The notes under the pieces: model-generated
What the model was told of the DNA's origin: nothing
Database searches by the model: none
The model's input: the letters and a program-made list of their open reading frames with translations, nothing else
Shown: piece by piece, positions 57,516 to 64,000 of the stretch
How the letters are laid out: every line of letters begins with the position of its first letter
Numbering within the stretch: the first letter of the stretch is position 1
Position numbers and translations under genes: made by a program
NCBI GenBank assembly: GCA_951406725.2
Contig: OX597817.1
Location: forward strand, 54,188,001 to 54,252,000
Direction: 5' to 3'
Source of the DNA: Octopus vulgaris
Taxonomy: Eukaryota
Length of the DNA stretch: 64,000 nt

Positions 57516-59933
57516 ATGGAGCAGGTAATACTCCAACCAACCAGGGCAGGTAACACACTGGATCTCTGCTTCACAAATGACATGGATCTCATCCATAATG
57601 TGAAAGTGACACCGACACTACTCTCGGATCACAACATGATAGAGCTGACCATGTACGGGCCAAAAGAGAGCACGGACATGCAGCCTACAAGAAACCCTCA
57701 AAATCTTTCCAGCTTGAACTACCATAAGGCAAACTGGAAACAAATTGAGAAAGAGATCCTCAAACAAAACTGGCCTAAATGTCTCTCCTCGCCAGACATC
57801 GACGTGAAACTTCAACAATTCATGTCTGTAATGCAAGCCATATGCTACAAATGTGTCCCAGAGAGAAAGGCCACTGTACACAAGAACAAAATCCCCAGAG
57901 AGAGGAAAATTTTAATGAGACGGCGTACGAAATTTTCAAATCGCCTAAACAAACAGATTGAAAGCAGTGAAAAGTCCCGCCTAAAAATAAAACTGTTGGA
58001 AATCGAAAAATGTCTGCAACTCTCCCATGAAAAAGAAAGAGCAGACAAAGAAGCCTGGGCTATAGAAAACATAAAATCTAACCCCAGAGCTTTCTACAGG
58101 TATGCCAAAGAAACAGCTACAGTGCACTGTAGAATAGGGCCACTCCTCGAAAAGGATGGCACACTTACAGGAAAACCAATGAGGGTAAGTGAAATACTGA
58201 ATGAGCAATTCAAGAGTGTTTTCACTCCACCCCTTGGGCATCTCCAAATCACCAATCCAACTGACTTTTTTACCACTGCAGATATAAAATCAGAGGCGGC
58301 GACGATAGATTACATCGATATAAAGGAAGACGATGTAACCAAGGCTATAGATGAAATGAAAACAGACTCAGCTACTGGCCCCGATGGATTCCCGGCAATC
58401 CTCCTAAAAGCATGTAAGAGAGTCCTAGCAAGACCACTGCAGTTCCTCTTTCAGAGCTTCCTTGCAGCTGGCAAACTTCCAGGAAAACTGAAGGAAGGTA
58501 AAATATGCCCCATTCATAAAGGAGGTAGCAGAGCGGAAGCCAAGAACTATAGACCTATCTCTCTGACCTCACACATCAGCAAGGTCATGGAACGAATAGT
58601 CAGAAGGAAGCTGATCACCTTCCTTGAAGAGAATGACTTGCTGCCCGACACCCAACATGGTTTCCGACCAGGGAGAAGCTGTTTAACTCAGCTCCTACAA
58701 CACTATGACTGGGTGCTGAAACGGCTGCTCAACCACTCAAATGTGGAAGTGATATATCTCGACTTTGCAAAGGCCTTTGATAAAGTCGATCATGGAATGA
58801 TATGTCACAAACTGCGTGATCTCAACATAGTTGGAAAACTGGGAGAATGGCTTCATGACTTTCTGAAGGATAGAAGTCAGGTGGTAGTAGCCAATGGGGC
58901 CACCTCCATTAACACACAAATAGTGAGCGGTGTTCCGCAGGGCACTGTTCTGGGACCACTACTGTTCATAATGGCCCTCTCAGACATGCCCTCAGCCACG
59001 CAGAGAGCCACGATCACAAGTTATGCAGATGATACAAAAGTTTCACAGGCAATACAGAACCCTGAGGACACTAAACACCAGCAATGTGAGCTGGACGAAA
59101 TATACAAGTGGGCTGAAAAGAATAGCATGCAGTTCAATGCTGGAAAGTTTCAAGCTTTATACTATCAGCATGCAAAACTGAATGCAATACCCAATGAATA
59201 CACTGGACCCGGAGGGATTGTAATCCCAGAGGCACAATCAGTGCGTGACCTGGGTATTCACATGAGTGATGACGCGACCTTTCATGTACATGTTGCTAAA
59301 CTGACAATGAAATGTAGACGGCTGGCTGGCTGGATTCTTAGAACCTTTAGAACAAGAGAACAAGAAACCATGATGGTCCTCTGGAAGACACTTGTCCTAA
59401 GCCACTTTGACTATTGCTCTCAGCTATGGTCACCATCCAGTGTCAAGTTGATCACAGAACTTGAGGCGATCCAACGAAGCTACACAAAGAAGATAGCCTC
59501 TATGCAGAATGTAAGCTACTGGGAAAGACTCAAGAGATTAAAATTATATTCCCTGGAGCGTAGGCGGGAAAGATATGCCATAATATACATCTGGAAGATC
59601 CTGGAGGGAAGTGTCCTGAACTTTGGCATCGAGAGTTACGCAAATGCCAGAACTGGGCGCCACTGCGTGGTGCCTAGGACTTCAAACCTGCCATCAAGAT
59701 GTAGGACAAGATTCTGTGATAGCCTGGGCTTCCGAGGCCCACAGCTCTTCAATATCCTCCCGAAGAACCTGAGAGACCTGCATGGGGTGGATACAGATGT
59801 CTTTAAAATGAAGCTGGATCTCTTCCTGTCAGGTGTCCCAGATGAACCAACTTCACGACAGGAGGGGCAGATGAGGGCAGCTGCATCGAACTCTCTCATG
59901 CACCAAATAGCAGTTGCTAGAAAGCCTCCATGA
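57516..59933 (+). CDS. CR1-group LINE ORF2 (end of APE endonuclease plus complete RT), 5'-truncated with open frame; element runs to about 60025
   Basis: 805 aa: [54 protein letters not shown]; 3' UTR and (ATCA)n tail. Confidence 0.95.
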   Translation: MEQVILQPTRAGNTLDLCFTNDMDLIHNVKVTPTLLSDHNMIELTMYGPKESTDMQPTRNPQNLSSLNYHKANWKQIEKEILKQNWPKCLSSPDIDVKLQQFMSVMQAICYKCVPERKATVHKNKIPRERKILMRRRTKFSNRLNKQIESSEKSRLKIKLLEIEKCLQLSHEKERADKEAWAIENIKSNPRAFYRYAKETATVHCRIGPLLEKDGTLTGKPMRVSEILNEQFKSVFTPPLGHLQITNPTDFFTTADIKSEAATIDYIDIKEDDVTKAIDEMKTDSATGPDGFPAILLKACKRVLARPLQFLFQSFLAAGKLPGKLKEGKICPIHKGGSRAEAKNYRPISLTSHISKVMERIVRRKLITFLEENDLLPDTQHGFRPGRSCLTQLLQHYDWVLKRLLNHSNVEVIYLDFAKAFDKVDHGMICHKLRDLNIVGKLGEWLHDFLKDRSQVVVANGATSINTQIVSGVPQGTVLGPLLFIMALSDMPSATQRATITSYADDTKVSQAIQNPEDTKHQQCELDEIYKWAEKNSMQFNAGKFQALYYQHAKLNAIPNEYTGPGGIVIPEAQSVRDLGIHMSDDATFHVHVAKLTMKCRRLAGWILRTFRTREQETMMVLWKTLVLSHFDYCSQLWSPSSVKLITELEAIQRSYTKKIASMQNVSYWERLKRLKLYSLERRRERYAIIYIWKILEGSVLNFGIESYANARTGRHCVVPRTSNLPSRCRTRFCDSLGFRGPQLFNILPKNLRDLHGVDTDVFKMKLDLFLSGVPDEPTSRQEGQMRAAASNSLMHQIAVARKPP

Positions 59934-60031
59934 AGTGAAACCAAGTAGCAACACCAAATGGCGGTGCCCCAGCATGGCCACAGCTCATAAGCTGAAACTA
60001 GAATCAATCAATCAATCAATCAATCATATAT

Positions 60032-60158
<127 letters not shown>

Positions 60159-60168
60159 CTACATACAT

Positions 60169-60219
<51 letters not shown>

Positions 60220-60222
<3 letters not shown>

Positions 60223-60412
60223 TTGTGTGTCTGTATTTGTCCCCCTCACCATCGCTTGACAAGCGATGTTGGTGTGTTTACGTCCCCGTAACTTAGCAGT
60301 TCGGCAAAAAAGACCAATGGAATAAGTACAAGGAATAACTTCTGGGGTCGATTTGTTCGACTAAAGGCAATGTTCCAGCATAGCCACAGTCAAATGATTG
60401 AAACAAGTGAAA
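60220..60412 (+). mobile_element. SINE family A 3' half
   Basis: CCATCGCTTGACAAGCGATG...CCAGCATAGCCACAGTCAAATGATTGAAACAAG. Confidence 0.87.
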
Positions 60413-61363
60413 AAATAATTAAAATACATTAGTACTTGCGTTATAGAGTTACAAGGGAAATGGTTAAAAGTATATAAAATGGAAGGGAGAGGTGGAATGG
60501 TAGAGAAGAGAGAAGAATGAGACTAAATTGTAGAGGAAGATCTTAGGGGTATGTGTATATGTCAACAATGTTTTTTCAAACGAAAGTTTTTCAGGGTTAA
60601 TAAAAGGAATGAAAATTATTGTTATTTTTGCATATTATTCCTTTATCAATATTTGTTTTAAATGTTGGATATATTAGAGGGATTAGTTTTGGTAAAATTA
60701 GTTTATAGAAAAATACTAGGTTGTGTTTCGTTTTTGGATTTGGTTTGCAAGATTCTTTATAAGAGTTCGTGTGTTGAAGCATATTCTGTTGTGTCTGGGG
60801 AGAGTCATTTTCTTTTTGTGCCTTATAATGTAACACACACACCGTTAAAATTACCACTTGTTTCTTATTTTTATTTTTATATTTGTTTTTATTTTCCTAC
60901 TAGGTTGTGGTCTTTGAGAAAAAATTTATTTGAGGAAAATGTATGGCAGAGGTGCTGAATAGGTGAAGGCAACAGAAAACTTAAACTATATCAAGAGAAT
61001 ATGCCACGTGAAAGAGAGAGGAAGAATAAAGGAACAGTTAAATTGTTTTAAAAAAAGAAATATATTATATAAATAAGAATAAAAGTTGATTTTGTAAAAA
61101 TTTCTTATGTAAGTGAAACAGAACTAGAAATGTAGGTAAGGAATCTATTATTTAGACCTCAGTACATAACTGGTGCATCATTTTATCGACTTCGGGAGGA
61201 TGAAAATGTAGAGTTTGGTATTATAAGATAAAACCTTTGGTTAAAGCATCCTAACATGGCCGCATTCAACATACGCATTCAATATGTATGTGCATGTATA
61301 AATGTGTGTGTGCCTGTGTGTGCTTCTGTATGTATGTATATAATACAACTATAAGTATGCATA

Positions 61364-61424
<61 letters not shown>

Positions 61425-62119
61425 ACATGCACATGTTTACTTGCGTATGTATATATACATGCATACATATATATATATATATATATATATAGGTACACAT
61501 TTACATGCATGCATTTCTGTGTATATGAATATATATGTGTGTCAATATGAACGCGTGTCTCTATACATATATGTGTATGCGTTAATATGAATGTGTGTGT
61601 ATATATAAATGCGAAATTTGTACTTTCACTTTCAGTTAACTTCTATCTTTCCTTATGTCCTTTCCATCTTTCTCTTTCTCTCTCTCCCATTCCTTCCCTC
61701 TGTCTCTCTCACTCCCTCTCTCTCTGAATCTCTCTCTCCACCCCTAACTCTTTTCTCGCTAATCGCTTTTTTGCCCTGTCTATTGCACCGAATATTAACT
61801 ATGCACCATGTGAATCACCAACAAGAAAATAGGATTGCGTGTGTGAATATATATCTATGTAGCTCTATGTGTGCATGTGCATGTGTGTGAATGTGCGTGT
61901 GTGTGTGCATGTGTGTGTCTGTGTGCGTAAGTGCATGTGTGTGTGTGAGTCAGTTTTGCGGGGATGTTTGGCTCACATGTATGGTTGGCTGGGAACGAAA
62001 ATATATTTAATAATCAGTTACTGCAACTGCAATAAATTCCTGTGGAAAATTTCTCTTTACCCATTCACACACATGCCTCGAAAACAGAGAAAGGATATGC
62101 TGCGCAAAACCTCGAAGAA

Positions 62120-62360
62120 GAATTAAGTCACGTGACAGATCATTTCCGCTTGGTCGGTTTCTCGACATCATCATCAATATGGAAGATTTTCAACTTGAAA
62201 ACAACCTCTTTAATAACCAATTCCGCACTGCAATGGTTGTTTTCTTTTAATGGCACCGAGGTTGGACGGCCAATGAAATGCTACAAACAGCTCTTCATTC
62301 ATTTCTGCTTTCCATCTTTATAAAAATCCTCCACCACTCTTTCTCCCTCACTCTGTGCTA
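62120..62360 (+). promoter_or_regulatory. Candidate Pol II promoter
   Basis: GTCACGTGAC at 62127, CCAAT at 62217 and 62270, TATAAAA at 62319, Inr-like TCACTCT with A at 62350. Confidence 0.35.
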
Positions 62361-62654
62361 TCGCATTCGTGACTTCAGGCCCGTTCCAGCTTCATCCCTG
62401 AAACCCACACCCGCCGATGCATTATGTATATGATCACACGCGCACACGCACACACACACACACACACACACAGACACACACACACACACACATCTCTCTC
62501 TCTCGCTTTATCTACCTATCTATCTATCTATCTATCTGTCTGTCTGTCTGTCTGTCTGCCTACCTATCAATCAACATATTTCTCTGTTTGTGTTTATCTA
62601 CCTATCTATCTATGTATCTATCTATCTCTTTATATACATATATGTATATATGCA

Positions 62655-62735
<81 letters not shown>

Positions 62736-62903
62736 GCACACACATACACACACACGTATGTACCTGCATAAAAATTAATGAAATTACTAGATTATATAAA
62801 GTAGTAAAGTCTGAAGAATCCAAGTGCCTCCTATATACATACATACACATACGCATGCACGCACGCACGCACTCACACAGACACATGTATGCATGTATAT
62901 AAG

Positions 62904-62977
<74 letters not shown>

Positions 62978-63587
62978 TATGTATATCATTGTTATTATGC
63001 AAAATTGTCGTAAGTCCAAAATGTTGCTTTTCCAGAAAAAATAGTTTACACGATTCCATAGCAAAGCCGTTGTAAATACATACACATACGCACGCACTCA
63101 CACACATATGTATGCATTTATATACGTATGTATGTATATATATATATATATATGACCCTAACCCTACACTTTGACAATTCTTGATATCTTGGCATCTGAA
63201 GCGGCTAGTGATACGATAGTTTGACCAAAAGAACCGGCTTTTGGAAGCAAAAAGAAATATTGAAAAAGAAACGCAATTGGAAAACTTAACATAGTTGCAA
63301 CGATATATATATATATATACTAATAAAAAGGGTTCAGCAAAGATTTGCTTTACCACACACCGAAGTTTAGAAATAGCAGCCAAAAATCTTAGCTATTTCT
63401 TCTACTTTAAAAGGGGGTCTCCCGGAGAAACCAAAATACTTGAAGATAATTCACACGAGCAGAGAGTAAAGCAACGAAAATCAATATCTGGTTATCTATT
63501 GAACATGATGGTGCTAACATTGAACTTTTTCTGCGAACCTCATTCATATATATATATATATACGCACACACAATATATATTACGATT

Positions 63588-63800
63588 CAAGATGGCGAGC
63601 TAGCAGAAACGTTAGCACGACGGGCGAAATGCTTAGCAGTTTTTCGTCTGTTTTTACGTTCTGGGTTCAAATTCCGCCAAGGTCGACTTTACCTTCCATC
63701 CTTTTGGGTTCGATAAATTAAGTACCTGTTGCGTACTGGGGTCGATCTAATCGACTGGCCTCCTCTCCCCAAATTTTGGGGCTTGTGCCTAGACTAGAAA
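63588..63800 (+). mobile_element. SINE family B
   Basis: GGCGAGCTAGCAGAAACGTTAGCACG head and CCTTCCATCCTTTTGGGTTCGATAAATTAAGTACC core. Confidence 0.87.
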
Positions 63801-64000
63801 AGAATATATTAAGATTCAGGTGAATAAGGCACTTAAATGGTAAAGCAAAGATAGACGAATACATACGCGGGAACCGAAGTTGAGGCAGAAAGATGCGCAG
63901 GTTATGTATACGTTTAATTGAGCACAACTCAGTATATCTGTAGCCCTTGTGCTAATCAAGAAATGCAGATTGTATTAAATATACGGACCATATACTTTGG

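Overview
Eukaryotic, very AT-rich, microsatellite-saturated DNA that looks like a coleoid cephalopod, most likely Octopus (inferred from its tRNA-SINE families, Dong/R4-type LINEs and the density of (TA)n, (TAA)n, (CATA)n and (GATA)n arrays). I recognise no host protein-coding exon, and nearly all ORF-track entries are microsatellite artefacts. The real coding content is transposon-derived: a 5'-truncated but open CR1-group LINE (57516-59933), a Tx1/L1-like 3' end (31363-32330, minus), several Dong/R4 fragments mostly in (TAA)n arrays, an internally deleted DD41D Tc1/mariner with intact TIRs, and a decayed mariner. The most striking signal is about ten minimal hammerhead-ribozyme-like folds in several short repeat families. 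Some carry shared non-canonical cores (CUGUNGA, CUGGUGA), and one family appears to be a tRNA-headed SINE carrying a hammerhead. Also seen: a non-coding ~555-bp TAA-targeting element (likely Dong parasite), a SINE/LINE shared 3' stem-loop with compensatory changes, several long foldbacks, and one well-spaced CCAAT/TATA/Inr promoter candidate. All calls are by eye, coordinates are approximate, and no database search or folding program was run.
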